From an uncultured Aquificales bacterium (lineage in GTDB: Bacteria; Thermosulfidibacterota; Thermosulfidibacteria; Thermosulfidibacterales; Thermosulfidibacteraceae), in the NCBI GenBank assembly GCA_964411615.1, contig CAYPLO010000037.1, forward strand, positions 1 through 16,808: a DNA stretch of 16,808 nt. The letters run 5' to 3'. Under the pieces are notes generated by a model. It ran no database searches. It was not told the origin of the DNA and was given only the letters and a program-made list of their open reading frames with translations. The stretch's first letter is position 1. Each line of letters opens with the position of its first letter. Shown one piece after another: positions 1 through 10,521 of this stretch. The position numbers and the translations under genes are program-made.

Positions 1-80
1 TTAACCTTCTCCTCCGTTCTCCTCTGAGCTTCGGCGAGCTCGTTTAGCTTATCCTCCGTTCTCTTTTGCGCCTTGGCAAG
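1..80 (-). repeat. In-frame 42-nt (14-aa) degenerate tandem repeat, at least 2 units, runs off the window edge
   Basis: Encodes LAKAQKRTEDKLNE / LAEAQRRTEEKV... Confidence 0.75.
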
Positions 81-248
81 CTCCTCCAGCTGCTTCTCCA
101 CCTTCTCAACAGCCCTTTTGAGCTCAAGAAAGTCGGACCTCTTGACGGTCTCCCCCACATACCTCTGTATAGACCTCACCACCTTGAGCATGGGCCCCCT
201 TATCTCAGGGGGAAGCTCCTCAAAGGCCTCAAGAATCTCTATATCCAT
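1..248 (-). CDS. Coiled-coil repeat protein ('LAEAQKRTEE'-type, DUF3782-like), 3'-truncated by the window edge
   Basis: Not in the ORF track. My translation from the ATG at 248 (-) is MDIEILEAFEELPPEIRGPMLKVVRSIQRYVGETVKRSDFLELKRAVEKVEKQLEELAKAQKRTEDKLNELAEAQRRTEEKV, open to position 1. An SD-like GGAGTGA contains the upstream gene's stop codon, which ends 3 nt before this ATG. The family label is from recall only. Confidence 0.85.
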   Translation of the reverse strand, partial: MDIEILEAFEELPPEIRGPMLKVVRSIQRYVGETVKRSDFLELKRAVEKVEKQLEELAKAQKRTEDKLNELAEAQRRTEEKV

Positions 249-251
249 GGC

Positions 252-1589
252 TCACTCCAGAAGACCGTATCTACCCGCCTTAAACCTAAGTATATCCTCA
301 TCCACCCCCAAAATCAAAGATGCCTTTTTAAAATCGCCCCCTGCCTCGTCAAGGGCCTTCTTTATCAGCATCTTCTCAAGCTCGTCTACCGAAAAATCCG
401 ACATCTGTTCTTCCTTTCGCTCCCTTCTGGGCTCTATGAACAAATCCTGGGCCGTTATGGTATTGCCTGAGGCAAGTATCACCGCCCTCTCTATAACATT
501 CTCAAGCTCCCTGACGTTTCCGGGCCAGTGGTAGCTCATAAGTTCCTTCTGGGCATCCTCCGAAAGCTCAAGGCCTTCTCTCCCGTAAACACGGGCGTAT
601 TTATCAAGGAAGTACCGGGCAAGTGGCACTATCTCCTCTTTTCTCTCCCGCAGAGGAGGCAGTTTTATAGGGACAACCGCGAGTCTGTAGTAGAGGTCCT
701 CCCTGAATCTGCCCTGCTCCACAAGTCTCTGGAGGTTCCTGTTGGTGGCAGCTATCACCCTCACATCAACCTTCTTAGGAGCCTTCCCGCCGAGTCTGTC
801 CACCTCCTTCTCCTGAAGCACCCTGAGGAGCTTGGCCTGTAGAGACAGGGGCATCTCCCCTATCTCGTCAAGGAAGATGGTCCCCCCATCGGCGAGCTCA
901 AACTTTCCCTCCTTTGCCTGGGTGGCGCCTGTGAATGCTCCCTTCTCATAGCCGAAGAGCTCGCTCTCAAGGAGGCTCTCCGGTATGGCGGCGCAGTTTA
1001 CAGCAACGAACCTGCCCCTTCTGCCGCTTTTCGCATGTATATAACGGGCAACCAGCTCTTTACCCGTGCCACTTTCCCCCTCTATCAGCACTGTGGCGGA
1101 AGAGGGAGCCACCCTATCCAGAAGCTCAACGACTTTCTGCATCTTATCAGAGAACCAGACCAGCTCCACCTGCTCTCTCTTTCCAGAAGGCCGGGTTGGA
1201 GATGAGACAGTCTGGGTTCGGGATGCAACCTTCTTCTTATACTTTATGGCCCTGGCCACCAGCTCCTCTATAAGCTCAACGGGGAAAGGTTTCATTATGA
1301 AGTCAAAGGCCCCCTCCTTCATGGCCTCCACAGCCACAGGAACGGTGCCGTAGGCGGTGATGAAGATGAAGGGAGCATCGGTGAGCTTCTTGGCCTTCTT
1401 GAAAAACTCAAGCCCCCCCATGCCGGGCATCTTCAGGTCGGTTATCACCACATCAAACTGGCTCTTTTTCAGTATCTCCAGCCCCCTGTACCCGTCGGGA
1501 GCCACAACAACTCCGTACTTGCGGGAGAGAACCTCCCTGAGGGCCTCCTGCATCCTCACATCGTCATCAACAACCAGCACCCTCTTCAA
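252..1589 (-). CDS. Sigma-54-dependent two-component response regulator (NtrC/FleR family: receiver, AAA+, Fis-like C-terminus)
   Basis: Receiver motifs VLVVDDD, ITDLKMP, ITAYG and KPF. AAA+ motifs: Walker [22 protein letters not shown], Walker [19 protein letters not shown] and WPGNVREL. The TTG start overlaps the carB stop (TTGA), and there is a strong GGAGGTGA SD upstream. Confidence 0.95.
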   Translation of the reverse strand: MKRVLVVDDDVRMQEALREVLSRKYGVVVAPDGYRGLEILKKSQFDVVITDLKMPGMGGLEFFKKAKKLTDAPFIFITAYGTVPVAVEAMKEGAFDFIMKPFPVELIEELVARAIKYKKKVASRTQTVSSPTRPSGKREQVELVWFSDKMQKVVELLDRVAPSSATVLIEGESGTGKELVARYIHAKSGRRGRFVAVNCAAIPESLLESELFGYEKGAFTGATQAKEGKFELADGGTIFLDEIGEMPLSLQAKLLRVLQEKEVDRLGGKAPKKVDVRVIAATNRNLQRLVEQGRFREDLYYRLAVVPIKLPPLRERKEEIVPLARYFLDKYARVYGREGLELSEDAQKELMSYHWPGNVRELENVIERAVILASGNTITAQDLFIEPRRERKEEQMSDFSVDELEKMLIKKALDEAGGDFKKASLILGVDEDILRFKAGRYGLLE

Positions 1590-4500
1590 CGGGAAGTCAC
1601 CTCCCTGTGGTACTCCTGGATGGGTTTGACGGTTATGCCTCCCCTGATGCGCGCCTCTATCCCCTTAACGGCTGCTGAGGCACCTGCTATGGTGGTGAAG
1701 TAAGGTATGCCGTAGTTGAGGGCCGTTCGCCTTATGATGTAGGAGTCCCTGCGGGCCTTGCCGCCGTAGGTGGTGTTTATCACCATCTGGATGTCCCCAT
1801 TCTTCATGTGGTCAACGATGTGGGGCCTTCCCTCGTGGACCTTATAGACCATCTCCACATCAACCCCGTGCTTCCTCAGATACTCTGCGGTTCCCTTAGT
1901 GGCAACCACCCTGAAGCCAAGGGACTTGAGCCTTCTGGCTATATCGACCACGTGGGGCTTGTCCCTGTCCTTAACGCTCACAAAGACGCAGCCGGAAAGG
2001 GGCAGGCGGTTGCCCGCAGCCTCCTGGGCCTTGAAGTAGGCTATGGGAAACTCCCTGTCTATCCCCATCACCTCTCCAGTGCTCTTCATCTCGGGGCCAA
2101 GCACTACATCAACACCCGGAAACTTTATGAAGGGAAAGACCGCCTCCTTCACCCCAACGTGCTTCAATTCAAGCTCCCTGGGAAGTCCAAAATCTTTGAG
2201 TCTTTTGCCCAGCATTATCTTGGTGGCCACCTTGGCAAGGGGTATGCCTATAACCTTACTCACGAAGGGAACCGTTCTGGAGGCTCTGGGATTCACCTCA
2301 AGGACGTAAATCTCGCCGTCTTTTATGGCGTACTGGATATTAATCAGCCCCACAACGTTCAGCTCAAGGGCAAGGGCCTTGGTCTGCTCCTTCAGCTCCT
2401 CAACAATCTCCCTGCTCAGAGAGAAAGGAGGAAGGGAGCAGGCAGAATCCCCGGAATGGACTCCCGCCTCCTCTATGTGCTCCATGATTCCGGCAACGAA
2501 GACCTCCTCGCCGTCCGCCACCGCATCCACATCCACCTCCACAGCATCCTCAAGGAACTTGTCCACCAGCACAGGATGCTCAAAGGAGGCCTCAACGGCA
2601 TGGCCCATGTAGTAGCGAAGCTCCTCCTCGTTGTAGACAATCTCCATGGCCCTGCCACCCAGAACATAGGAGGGACGGACCAGAACAGGGTAGCCTATAC
2701 GCTCGGCTATCCTCACAGCCTCCTCCACGGAGGTTGCGGTTCCGTTGGGGGGCTGCTTCAGGCCCAGCTTGTGCAATAAGGCTCTAAAGCGTTCCCTGTC
2801 CTCGGCCCTGTCTATGCTGTCTGGAGATGTGCCCAGAATAGGCACCCCCTCACGCTCAAGGAATGTGGAGAGCTTCAGGGGAGTCTGGCCACCGAACTGC
2901 AGTATCACCCCTTTGGGCTTTACCCTGTCTATTATGCTCATCACATCCTCAAAGGTGAGGGGCTCAAAGAAGAGCAGGTCCGATGTGTCGTAGTCGGTGG
3001 AGACAGTCTCCGGATTGCAGTTCACCATAACCGCCTCATATCCCATCTCCTTTGCGGCGAAGACCGCATGGACACAGCAGTAGTCAAACTCTATGCCCTG
3101 GCCTATCCTGTTGGGGCCTCCCCCCAGAATCACCACCCTCTCCCTATCCGTCTGTGGGACCTCATCCTCCCTCTCGTAGGTGGAGTAGTAGTAAGGGGTG
3201 TAAGCCTCAAACTCGGCAGCGCAGGTGTCAACGCTCTTGAAGACAGGGGTAATCCCCAGCTCAAGCCTTTTGGCCCTCACATCCCTCTCATCAACCCCCC
3301 ACATCCTGGCAAGGTACCTGTCCGAAAAGCCCATCTGTTTAAGGTGTCTGAGATAGGAAGCATCCACCTTCGCAAATGAAACACTGGAGGCCCTCTTCTC
3401 CTCGTCAACTATCTCCTTTATCTGGTGCAGAAACCACCGGTCTATACGGGTAAGCTGGTAAACTTTCTCAAGGTCCATGCCGGCCCTGAAGGCACACGCT
3501 ATGTACCACAGCCTGTTCCAGGTGGGATTCTTCAGGTTGTATTCAATCCTCTCAAGGTCCCAGGTTCCATCACTCTTCAAAGCCTCCCTCTCATTCTCAA
3601 AGCCGTATCTGTCTATCTCAAGGGACCTTATGGCCTTGTGCACCGCCTCCTTGAAGGTCCTTCCGATGGCCATCACCTCCCCCACCGACTTCATCTGGGT
3701 GGTGAGGATGGGGTCCGTATCGGGGAACTTCTCAAAGGTGAACCTGGGTATCTTAACAACGCAGTAGTCTATGGTAGGCTCAAAGCAGGCGGGGGTCTTT
3801 TTGGTTATGTCGTTGGGAATCTCGTCTAAGGTGTAACCCACCGCCAGCTTGGCGGCTATCTTGGCTATGGGAAAGCCTGTAGCCTTGGAGGCAAGGGCAG
3901 AGGAACGGGAAACACGGGGGTTCATCTCTATAACCACCATCCGGCCGTTCTCCGGATTAACCGCAAACTGGATGTTGGAGCCTCCCGTCTCAACCCCTAT
4001 CTCCCTTATGATGGCGATGGCTGCATCCCTCATCATCTGGTACTCTTTATCGGTCAGGGTCTGGATGGGAGCCACCGTTATGGAGTCCCCCGTGTGTATG
4101 CCCATGGGGTCAAAGTTCTCTATGGAACAGATAATCACCACATTGTCTGCAAGGTCCCTCATCACCTCAAGCTCAAACTCCTTCCAGCCGAGAACCGACT
4201 CCTCAACAAGGACCTCGTGGAAGGGTGATGCGGAAAGGCCCCACTCAACCGCCTCCACATACTCCTCCATGTTGTAGGCCACAGAACCACCTGTGCCACC
4301 CAGGGTGAAGGAAGGCCTTATTATGACGGGGAACCCTATCTCCTTTATGGCCTCCCTGGCCTCCTCAAGGGAACGGACATAGCTGCTCTTGGGCACCTCA
4401 AGGCCTATGTTCTCCATGGCCTTCTTGAAGAGCTCCCTGTCCTCAGCCTTCTTTATGGCATCAAGCTTGGCTCCAATGAGCTCAACCCCGTACCTATCCA

Positions 4501-4822
4501 GAACCCCCGCCTCACCCAGCTCAACGGCAAGGTTAAGCGCCGTCTGGCCACCTAAGGTGGGAAGCAGGGCATCGGGGCGCTCCTTAGCTATTATTCTCTC
4601 CAGCACCTCGGCGGTGAGGGGCTCTATGTAGGTTCTGTGGGCCATCTCTGGGTCCGTCATGATGGTGGCGGGATTGCTGTTCACAAGCACAACCTCAAAA
4701 CCCTCCTGCTTCAGCACCTTACAGGCCTGGGTGCCAGAGTAGTCAAACTCGCACGCCTGGCCTATCACTATGGGGCCCGAACCTATGATGAGAATCTTTT
4801 TAATATCGGTTCTCTTAGGCAT
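1586..4822 (-). CDS. carB: Carbamoyl-phosphate synthase large subunit
   Basis: Canonical N-terminus [30 protein letters not shown]. Two ATP-grasp halves ([29 protein letters not shown]), [12 protein letters not shown] and a C-terminal MGS-like domain. I moved the start from the GTG at 4828, which lies inside the AAGGAGGTG SD, to the ATG at 4822. Confidence 0.98.
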   Translation of the reverse strand: MPKRTDIKKILIIGSGPIVIGQACEFDYSGTQACKVLKQEGFEVVLVNSNPATIMTDPEMAHRTYIEPLTAEVLERIIAKERPDALLPTLGGQTALNLAVELGEAGVLDRYGVELIGAKLDAIKKAEDRELFKKAMENIGLEVPKSSYVRSLEEAREAIKEIGFPVIIRPSFTLGGTGGSVAYNMEEYVEAVEWGLSASPFHEVLVEESVLGWKEFELEVMRDLADNVVIICSIENFDPMGIHTGDSITVAPIQTLTDKEYQMMRDAAIAIIREIGVETGGSNIQFAVNPENGRMVVIEMNPRVSRSSALASKATGFPIAKIAAKLAVGYTLDEIPNDITKKTPACFEPTIDYCVVKIPRFTFEKFPDTDPILTTQMKSVGEVMAIGRTFKEAVHKAIRSLEIDRYGFENEREALKSDGTWDLERIEYNLKNPTWNRLWYIACAFRAGMDLEKVYQLTRIDRWFLHQIKEIVDEEKRASSVSFAKVDASYLRHLKQMGFSDRYLARMWGVDERDVRAKRLELGITPVFKSVDTCAAEFEAYTPYYYSTYEREDEVPQTDRERVVILGGGPNRIGQGIEFDYCCVHAVFAAKEMGYEAVMVNCNPETVSTDYDTSDLLFFEPLTFEDVMSIIDRVKPKGVILQFGGQTPLKLSTFLEREGVPILGTSPDSIDRAEDRERFRALLHKLGLKQPPNGTATSVEEAVRIAERIGYPVLVRPSYVLGGRAMEIVYNEEELRYYMGHAVEASFEHPVLVDKFLEDAVEVDVDAVADGEEVFVAGIMEHIEEAGVHSGDSACSLPPFSLSREIVEELKEQTKALALELNVVGLINIQYAIKDGEIYVLEVNPRASRTVPFVSKVIGIPLAKVATKIMLGKRLKDFGLPRELELKHVGVKEAVFPFIKFPGVDVVLGPEMKSTGEVMGIDREFPIAYFKAQEAAGNRLPLSGCVFVSVKDRDKPHVVDIARRLKSLGFRVVATKGTAEYLRKHGVDVEMVYKVHEGRPHIVDHMKNGDIQMVINTTYGGKARRDSYIIRRTALNYGIPYFTTIAGASAAVKGIEARIRGGITVKPIQEYHREVTSR

Positions 4823-4843
4823 CGCCACCTCCTTTAGGGGGGA

Positions 4844-4873
4844 AGATTAGCAGAGAGAACAGAGCCATTGCAA
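4844..4873 (-). promoter_or_regulatory. Candidate sigma-70 promoter for carB
   Basis: On the minus strand: TTGCAA (4873-4868), an 18-nt spacer ending in TGc, then TAATCT (4849-4844), i.e. an extended -10 TGnTAnnnT. Confidence 0.5.
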
Positions 4874-4894
4874 GGGAAGAAGGGACCTGCAAAC

Positions 4895-4924
4895 TTGACT
4901 GAGAGAACGGGCAGGTGATACCTT
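4895..4924 (+). promoter_or_regulatory. Candidate sigma-70 promoter for the lipoprotein/paaK arm
   Basis: TTGACT (4895-4900), an 18-nt spacer ending in TGa, then TACCTT (4919-4924). SD AAGGAGGT lies just before the ATG at 4946. Confidence 0.5.
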
Positions 4925-4945
4925 GAGTTTTCAAGGAGGTGGGCC

Positions 4946-5680
4946 ATGAGGAGGATGTTATCAGTACTTACGCTGCTGGTCCTTGCCTTGGCGTGCTCCA
5001 CATACAACGAGACCGTTCAGCCTGTTAAGGTTCCCGCATACCAGAGCCAGAAGGTTGAGGTGGAGGGTGCGTACATAGTGGCAGAGGCCTACGCCGACCC
5101 ATCACTGGCGAAGGAGAAGTTCGGCTTTGATATAAGGGGTGCCGGGATACTGCCGGTGCAGGTGGTGATACAGAACCAGGGAAGGCAAACTCTGGTGATA
5201 GACGCAGACCAGACCCTGCTCATAGACGATAAGGGCAACGGATGGCCCATCCTGAGCACAGAGCAGGTGTACAAGAGGATAAAGGGGAAGGTGGAGCTGG
5301 GAGAGGCCGCCAAAGGGGCCGTAAAGCCCTCAATACTGGGAGCGGCAGCCGGTGCAATAGCCGGTGCAGCCATAGCCATAGTGACAGGGGAGAACGTGGG
5401 TAAGGGGGCGGGCAAAGGGGCGGCAGCCGGTGCCGCCGCAGGAGCCATAATAGGGGGAGCCCAGGGATACGCAACTGTGGAGGAGAAGGTAAAGTCAGAC
5501 ATACTGAACAAGACCATTAAGAACAGGGTTATAGAGCCGGGAGAGCTGGTTTACGGCTTCCTCTTCTTCCCGGGTAAGAAGAACGAGGCAAAGAGCGCAA
5601 AGGTCCTCAGGCTGGCCCTGAGATTCGGAAAGGAAGGAAGGGTAAAGGTTGTAGAGATACCCCTTACCAAAGTTGAATAA
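4946..5680 (+). CDS. Putative lipoprotein with glycine-zipper hairpin, function unknown
   Basis: Signal peptide [19 protein letters not shown] with a lipobox-like LALAC. Gly/Ala zipper [14 protein letters not shown]...[17 protein letters not shown]. Strong SD. Confidence 0.85.
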   Translation: MRRMLSVLTLLVLALACSTYNETVQPVKVPAYQSQKVEVEGAYIVAEAYADPSLAKEKFGFDIRGAGILPVQVVIQNQGRQTLVIDADQTLLIDDKGNGWPILSTEQVYKRIKGKVELGEAAKGAVKPSILGAAAGAIAGAAIAIVTGENVGKGAGKGAAAGAAAGAIIGGAQGYATVEEKVKSDILNKTIKNRVIEPGELVYGFLFFPGKKNEAKSAKVLRLALRFGKEGRVKVVEIPLTKVE

Positions 5681-5728
5681 TCCCCGCTTCTCTGATAAGT
5701 GCTCCCCAAACGGTCCAGGGGGTATACC

Positions 5729-7045
5729 ATGATATGGAACGATGAGTTTGAGACCCTGCCCAGGGAGGCCTTAGAGGCCCTCCAGCTTAAGAGGCTGCAG
5801 CAGACCGTTGAGAGGGTTTACGCCACCGTCCCCTTCTACAGGAGGAAGTTTGACGAAGCAGGGGTGAAGCCTGAGGATATAAAGAGCCTTGACGACTTAA
5901 AGAGGCTTCCCTTCACCACCAAGGACGATTTGAGGGAGAACTACCCCTTCGGCATGTTCGCCGTTCCCCTAAAGCAGGTTGTGAGAATCCACGCATCCTC
6001 AGGAACCACGGGAAAGCCCACGGTGGTGGGATACACCCGAAGGGATATAGAGACCTGGTCCGAGCTCATGGCCAGGTCCCTGGCAGCGGCCGGAGTCACC
6101 AAAGAGGACATAATCCAGAACGCCTACGGATACGGGCTCTTTACAGGGGGACTGGGTGTCCACTACGGTGCCGAGAAGATAGGGGCCACCGTCATACCAA
6201 TATCCGGAGGCCACTCCAAGAGGCAGATAATGATTATGAGGGACTTCGGCGCCACTGTTCTCACCTGCACACCCTCTTACGCCCTGCACTTAGCGGAAGT
6301 TGCTGAGGAGATGGGGGTTGACCCCAAGGAGATGAACCTGAAGGTGGGCATATTCGGGGCAGAGCCCTGGACCGAGGAGATGAGAAGGCAGATAGAGGAG
6401 ACCTGGGGTATAAAGGCCATAGACATATATGGACTATCGGAGATAATAGGCCCAGGGGTCTCCATAGAGTGCGAGGAGGCCCAAAAGGGGCTCCACATAT
6501 TTGAGGACCACTTCATTCCCGAAATCATAGACCCGGACACGGGAGAGCCGCTGCCCCCAGGCGAATACGGAGAACTGGTGATAACCACAATCACAAAGGA
6601 GGCCTTCCCGGTAATCCGCTACAGGACCAGGGACATAACCAGGCTCATAAAGGAGCCCTGCATATGCGGAAGGACCATGGTGAGGATGGACAGGGTAAGG
6701 GGCAGGACCGACGACATGCTCATAATAAGGGGTGTGAACGTGTTCCCCTCCCAGATTGAGGAGATTCTCATCAGCACAAAGGGGGTCCTTCCCCACTACA
6801 TGATAATCGTTGACAGAGAAGGCACCCTTGACACCTTGGAGGTGCATGTGGAGGTTGACGAGAAGCTCTTCTCCGACGAGGTTAGAAAACTCCAGCAGCT
6901 CGCCAGGAGGATTGAGCAGAACATCAAGGACAGCATAGGGATATCTGCAAAGGTCAAGCTGGTGGAGCCCAAGAGCCTACAGAGGTTTGAGGGTAAGGCG
7001 AAGAGGGTTGTGGACAAAAGGAAGCTCTTTAATGGAGGTAAGTGA
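5729..7045 (+). CDS. paaK: Phenylacetate-CoA ligase family (aryl-acetate CoA ligase), copy 1
   Basis: Motifs [11 protein letters not shown]-loop [59 protein letters not shown] and C-terminal [10 protein letters not shown]. The ATG at 5729, preceded by AGGGGGT, is preferred over the GTG at 5699. Confidence 0.93.
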   Translation: MIWNDEFETLPREALEALQLKRLQQTVERVYATVPFYRRKFDEAGVKPEDIKSLDDLKRLPFTTKDDLRENYPFGMFAVPLKQVVRIHASSGTTGKPTVVGYTRRDIETWSELMARSLAAAGVTKEDIIQNAYGYGLFTGGLGVHYGAEKIGATVIPISGGHSKRQIMIMRDFGATVLTCTPSYALHLAEVAEEMGVDPKEMNLKVGIFGAEPWTEEMRRQIEETWGIKAIDIYGLSEIIGPGVSIECEEAQKGLHIFEDHFIPEIIDPDTGEPLPPGEYGELVITTITKEAFPVIRYRTRDITRLIKEPCICGRTMVRMDRVRGRTDDMLIIRGVNVFPSQIEEILISTKGVLPHYMIIVDREGTLDTLEVHVEVDEKLFSDEVRKLQQLARRIEQNIKDSIGISAKVKLVEPKSLQRFEGKAKRVVDKRKLFNGGK

Positions 7046-7476
7046 TGAAGGTGGAACAGATATCGGTGTTTCTGGAGAACAAGGCTGGAAGATTGGCGGA
7101 AGTGGCCAGGATTCTGGGGGAGAACGGTGTAAACATAAGGGCCCTCTCTTTGGCAGACACCACAGACTTTGGCATCCTGAGGCTCATAGTGAACGACAGA
7201 CAGAAGGCAAAGGAAGTCCTCAAGAAGGCCGGTTTCACCGTGGGTATAACGGAAGTGATAGCGGTTGAGGTGGACGACGCACCGGGGGGACTGGCAAAGA
7301 TACTCACCCCACTTGCGGAGAACGAGATAAATGTGGAGTACATGTACGCCTTTGTGGAGAAGAGCAGAAACAAGGCGGTTCTCATATTCAAGTTTGAGAA
7401 TATAGAGAAGGCCATAAAGGTGCTTCAGGAGAACGACATAACCATACTCACAGGAGAGCAGGTCTACAACCTTTAG
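7045..7476 (+). CDS. Tandem ACT-domain (amino acid-binding) protein, BT0572-like
   Basis: [13 protein letters not shown]...[19 protein letters not shown], with a second ACT domain [10 protein letters not shown]...[17 protein letters not shown] (7034-7039) favours the ATG at 7045, which overlaps the paaK stop codon. Confidence 0.92.
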   Translation: MKVEQISVFLENKAGRLAEVARILGENGVNIRALSLADTTDFGILRLIVNDRQKAKEVLKKAGFTVGITEVIAVEVDDAPGGLAKILTPLAENEINVEYMYAFVEKSRNKAVLIFKFENIEKAIKVLQENDITILTGEQVYNL

Positions 7477-7487
7477 GAGAAGGAACC

Positions 7488-8822
7488 ATGGTGTTTGAAC
7501 CCGAACTTGAGTGTATGCCGAGGGATGAACTTCGCATCCTCCAGCTGTACAGACTTAAAAAGCAACTCAGGAGGGTTTACGAGAGGCAACTCCCCTACAG
7601 AAAGAAGATGGAGGAGGCAGGTATAACCCCTGAGGATGTAAGAAGCCTTGAGGATGTGAGGCACCTTCCCTTCACCACCAAGGATGACTTCCGGGAGAAC
7701 TACCCCTACGGGCTGTTTGCTGTTGATATGGAGGAGATTGTTAGGGTCCACTCCTCATCAGGGACCACAGGCAAGCCCACGGTGGTGGGATACACAAAAC
7801 GGGACCTTGAGACCTGGGCCACCCTCACCGCAAGGGTCCTGGCGGCAGGGGGAGTGAGAAGCAAAGATGTGGTCCAGATAGCCTTTGGATATGGACTCTT
7901 CACGGGAGGGTTCGGCCTGCACTACGGGGCAGAGAAGCTGGGAGCCACGGTGATTCCCGTATCATCGGGGCAGACAAAGCGTCAGATAATGATTATGAAG
8001 GACTACGGCACAACGGCCCTCGTCTGCACTCCCTCATACGCCCTCCACATAGCGGAGGTCCTTGAGGAGATGGGGCTGGGTCCAGACGATTTGAAGCTCA
8101 GGGTGGGCCTCTTCGGTGCAGAGCCCTGGACTGAAAGCATGCGTCAGGAGATAGAGAAAAGACTTGGAGTAGATGCCACAGACAACTACGGGCTTTCAGA
8201 GGTTATGGGACCGGGGGTGTCCGGAGAGTGCATTGAGGCGAAAAGCGGCCTTCACATCTTTGAGGACCACTTCTACGCTGAGGTGATAGACCCAGAAACG
8301 GGTGAGCCGCTGCCAGAGGGGGAATGGGGAGAGCTTGTGATAACAACCCTCACCAAGGAGGGACTGCCTCTAATAAGATACAGAACCAGAGACATAACCA
8401 GGCTCTACTACGAAGAATGCCCCTGCGGAAGGACCTTCATCAAGATGGCAAAGCCCAGCGGAAGAACCGATGACATGCTCATAATAAGGGGCGTGAACAT
8501 ATTCCCGTCCCAGGTTGAGGAGGCCCTTCTGGAGATAGAAGGGGTGAGTCCCCACTTTCAGATAGTGGTGGACAGGAAGGGCTACTTAGACGAGATGGAG
8601 GTATGGGTAGAGGCATCCGAAAGGCTGTTCTTTGACTCCATGAGAAAGCAGAAAGAGCTGCTTGATAAAATAACAGAACACCTCCAGCAGTCCTTAGGGG
8701 TGAAGGTAAAGGTAAAACTTGTGGAGCCCAAGACCCTTGAGAGAACCACGGGCAAGGCCAAAAAGGTGATAGACAGGAGGGACCTGCCCAAGTATGTGCC
8801 CGAAAAGTACCTTAAAGACTGA
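7488..8822 (+). CDS. paaK: Phenylacetate-CoA ligase family (aryl-acetate CoA ligase), copy 2
   Basis: Motifs [59 protein letters not shown] and [10 protein letters not shown]. Collinear with copy 1. Confidence 0.93.
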   Translation: MVFEPELECMPRDELRILQLYRLKKQLRRVYERQLPYRKKMEEAGITPEDVRSLEDVRHLPFTTKDDFRENYPYGLFAVDMEEIVRVHSSSGTTGKPTVVGYTKRDLETWATLTARVLAAGGVRSKDVVQIAFGYGLFTGGFGLHYGAEKLGATVIPVSSGQTKRQIMIMKDYGTTALVCTPSYALHIAEVLEEMGLGPDDLKLRVGLFGAEPWTESMRQEIEKRLGVDATDNYGLSEVMGPGVSGECIEAKSGLHIFEDHFYAEVIDPETGEPLPEGEWGELVITTLTKEGLPLIRYRTRDITRLYYEECPCGRTFIKMAKPSGRTDDMLIIRGVNIFPSQVEEALLEIEGVSPHFQIVVDRKGYLDEMEVWVEASERLFFDSMRKQKELLDKITEHLQQSLGVKVKVKLVEPKTLERTTGKAKKVIDRRDLPKYVPEKYLKD

Positions 8823-10521
8823 GTTTCTATTAGGAAACGAGGCCATAGCCCTGGGAGCCCTCTGTGCGGGAGTGAGATTCGCCGCATCCTACCCAGGAAC
8901 CCCCGCCTCGGAGATACTTCCCGCCTTCTTCGCAATGGCGGAGAGGTTCGGCGTAGAGGTGCACGGGGGATGGATGGTAAACGAGAAGGTGGCCTTTGAA
9001 GCGGCCCTTGCCGCAAGCTGGTGTGGCATCAACGCCATGGTCTCAATGAAGCAGGTGGGGCTGAACGTTGCCATGGACCCCCTGATGAGCGCCGCCTACA
9101 CGGGCACAGAAGGAGGCTTTCTGGTGGTATCCGTTGACGACCCCGGCCCCTACAGCTCCCAGACGGAACAGGACTCGCGGTTCATGGCCATGGCCGCCAA
9201 AGTCCCCGTATTTGACCCGTGCAACCCACAGGATGCCTTTGAGATAATGGAAGAGGCCTTGAACCTCTCAAGAAGATTCCAGATACCTGTTATGGTAAGA
9301 CCTGTGCTGAGGGTATCCCACTCCAGGCAAAGGGTGAGATTTGAGGAGCCCTGTGGATTCGCCCAGAAGCCCGATTTTAAGAAGAAGCCAGGGGTGTGGA
9401 CGGCCACCCCCAAGTTCAGGCTCCAGCTGCACAGGGTTCTGAACGAGAAGATAGAGGAGATAGCCACAGAGGGAACAACCTACATAGAGGAACAGCTGAA
9501 CAGGGTTAAGGGCAACACGGTCTTCATCGCCTCAGGAGCCCTCTACGGATACCTGCTGGATTTGGGGGTGGAGAACGTAATAAGAGTCAAGATGCCCTAC
9601 CCCTTAGACCAGTCCTTCATGCTCAGAATTGCAAAAAGCTTCTCAACGGTGTGGGTGATAGAGGAGACCTATCCCGTGATAGAGCTTCAGATACCCAGCA
9701 GGGAGAACGTGAGGGGAAGGCTGAGCGGCCACATCCCTCCACAGGGGGAGATAACCCTGCAGAAGCTTAAGGAGATAATCGACCCTGCAGAGACCAAAGT
9801 GTTCCACATCCAGAAGCGGGAAAAGAAGCCAAGGCTCTGTCCCGGATGTGGCCACAGGCCCGTCTTCTACGCCATGAGGAGGAGCTTCCCCAACGGTATA
9901 TTCCCCGGAGACATAGGCTGCTACACCTTAGGAACAAACATAGGCGCCGTTGACACCTTCCTCTGTATGGGGGCATCCATCTCCATGGGGCTGAGCTTCG
10001 CCCTACTTGAGGAGAGACCTGTGGTGTGCACCATAGGAGACTCCACCTTCTTCCACTCGGGAATACCTCCCCTTATAGAGGCGGTGGAGAAAGGGGCTCC
10101 TATGGTGGTTGCGGTTCTTGACAACGGCACCACAGCCATGACAGGGGGACAGCCCATACCCTCCGCATCCATAGAGGAGATAGCCAGAAGCTGCGGTGTT
10201 CGGAAGGTGGAGAGGGTCCACGCCTACAGCGTCAAGGAAGTGATGGAGAAGCTGAAGGAGTGCTGGCGGTTCTCGGTGGATAACAGGACACCCAGCCTGC
10301 TGCACTGCCTCTGCCCCTGCGTACTGTACGGTGAAAAGCCTCGAGAACCCAGGGTTCCCAAGGTGGATACCCAGAAGTGCACGGGATGCGGCATCTGCTA
10401 CAGGATATTTGAATGCCCCGCCATAGAGGAGCGGGATGGAAAGGCCTTCATAGACCAGCTCATATGCACAGGTTGCGGTGTATGCGAAGATATCTGTCCC
10501 TCTGGTGCCATACATTCCTGA
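8794..10521 (+). CDS. iorA: Indolepyruvate:ferredoxin oxidoreductase alpha subunit
   Basis: Motifs [54 protein letters not shown] and [11 protein letters not shown]-binding motif [10 protein letters not shown]...[14 protein letters not shown]-terminal 2x[4Fe-4S] motifs CTGCGIC...CP and [12 protein letters not shown]. Confidence 0.93.
   Translation: MCPKSTLKTEFLLGNEAIALGALCAGVRFAASYPGTPASEILPAFFAMAERFGVEVHGGWMVNEKVAFEAALAASWCGINAMVSMKQVGLNVAMDPLMSAAYTGTEGGFLVVSVDDPGPYSSQTEQDSRFMAMAAKVPVFDPCNPQDAFEIMEEALNLSRRFQIPVMVRPVLRVSHSRQRVRFEEPCGFAQKPDFKKKPGVWTATPKFRLQLHRVLNEKIEEIATEGTTYIEEQLNRVKGNTVFIASGALYGYLLDLGVENVIRVKMPYPLDQSFMLRIAKSFSTVWVIEETYPVIELQIPSRENVRGRLSGHIPPQGEITLQKLKEIIDPAETKVFHIQKREKKPRLCPGCGHRPVFYAMRRSFPNGIFPGDIGCYTLGTNIGAVDTFLCMGASISMGLSFALLEERPVVCTIGDSTFFHSGIPPLIEAVEKGAPMVVAVLDNGTTAMTGGQPIPSASIEEIARSCGVRKVERVHAYSVKEVMEKLKECWRFSVDNRTPSLLHCLCPCVLYGEKPREPRVPKVDTQKCTGCGICYRIFECPAIEERDGKAFIDQLICTGCGVCEDICPSGAIHS

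Noticed and set aside
66..534. + strand ORFs 66..470 and 73..534
   Set aside because: They are antisense shadows of the regulator and of the real minus-strand coiled-coil gene at 248..1.
1808..2779. 323-aa + strand ORF and the other antisense ORFs over carB, the regulator, paaK, iorA and htrA
   Set aside because: These are shadow frames lying within well-supported genes on the opposite strand or in another frame, with no recognisable motifs.
4823..4945. Sigma-54 (-24/-12) promoter in the divergent region
   Set aside because: The GG...GC pairs I examined on the minus strand are 13-14 nt apart rather than the required 10, and there is no TGGCAC-N5-TTGC match.
5335..5465. Repeated GCAGCCGGTGC-like sequence in the lipoprotein gene
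   Set aside because: It is explained by the Gly/Ala zipper coding sequence and is not an independent DNA element.
6014..7795. Identical 20-23 nt tracts shared by the two paaK copies (e.g. AAGCCCACGGTGGTGGGATACAC at 6014-6036 and 7773-7795) as evidence of gene conversion
   Set aside because: The tracts are short and confined to invariant protein motifs, so conservation plus codon bias is a sufficient explanation.
10413..10481. Longer N-terminus of htrA given by the ORF track
   Set aside because: It would overlap iorA by 109 nt and place 23 non-signal residues before the hydrophobic stretch. The ATG at 10482 is more plausible.
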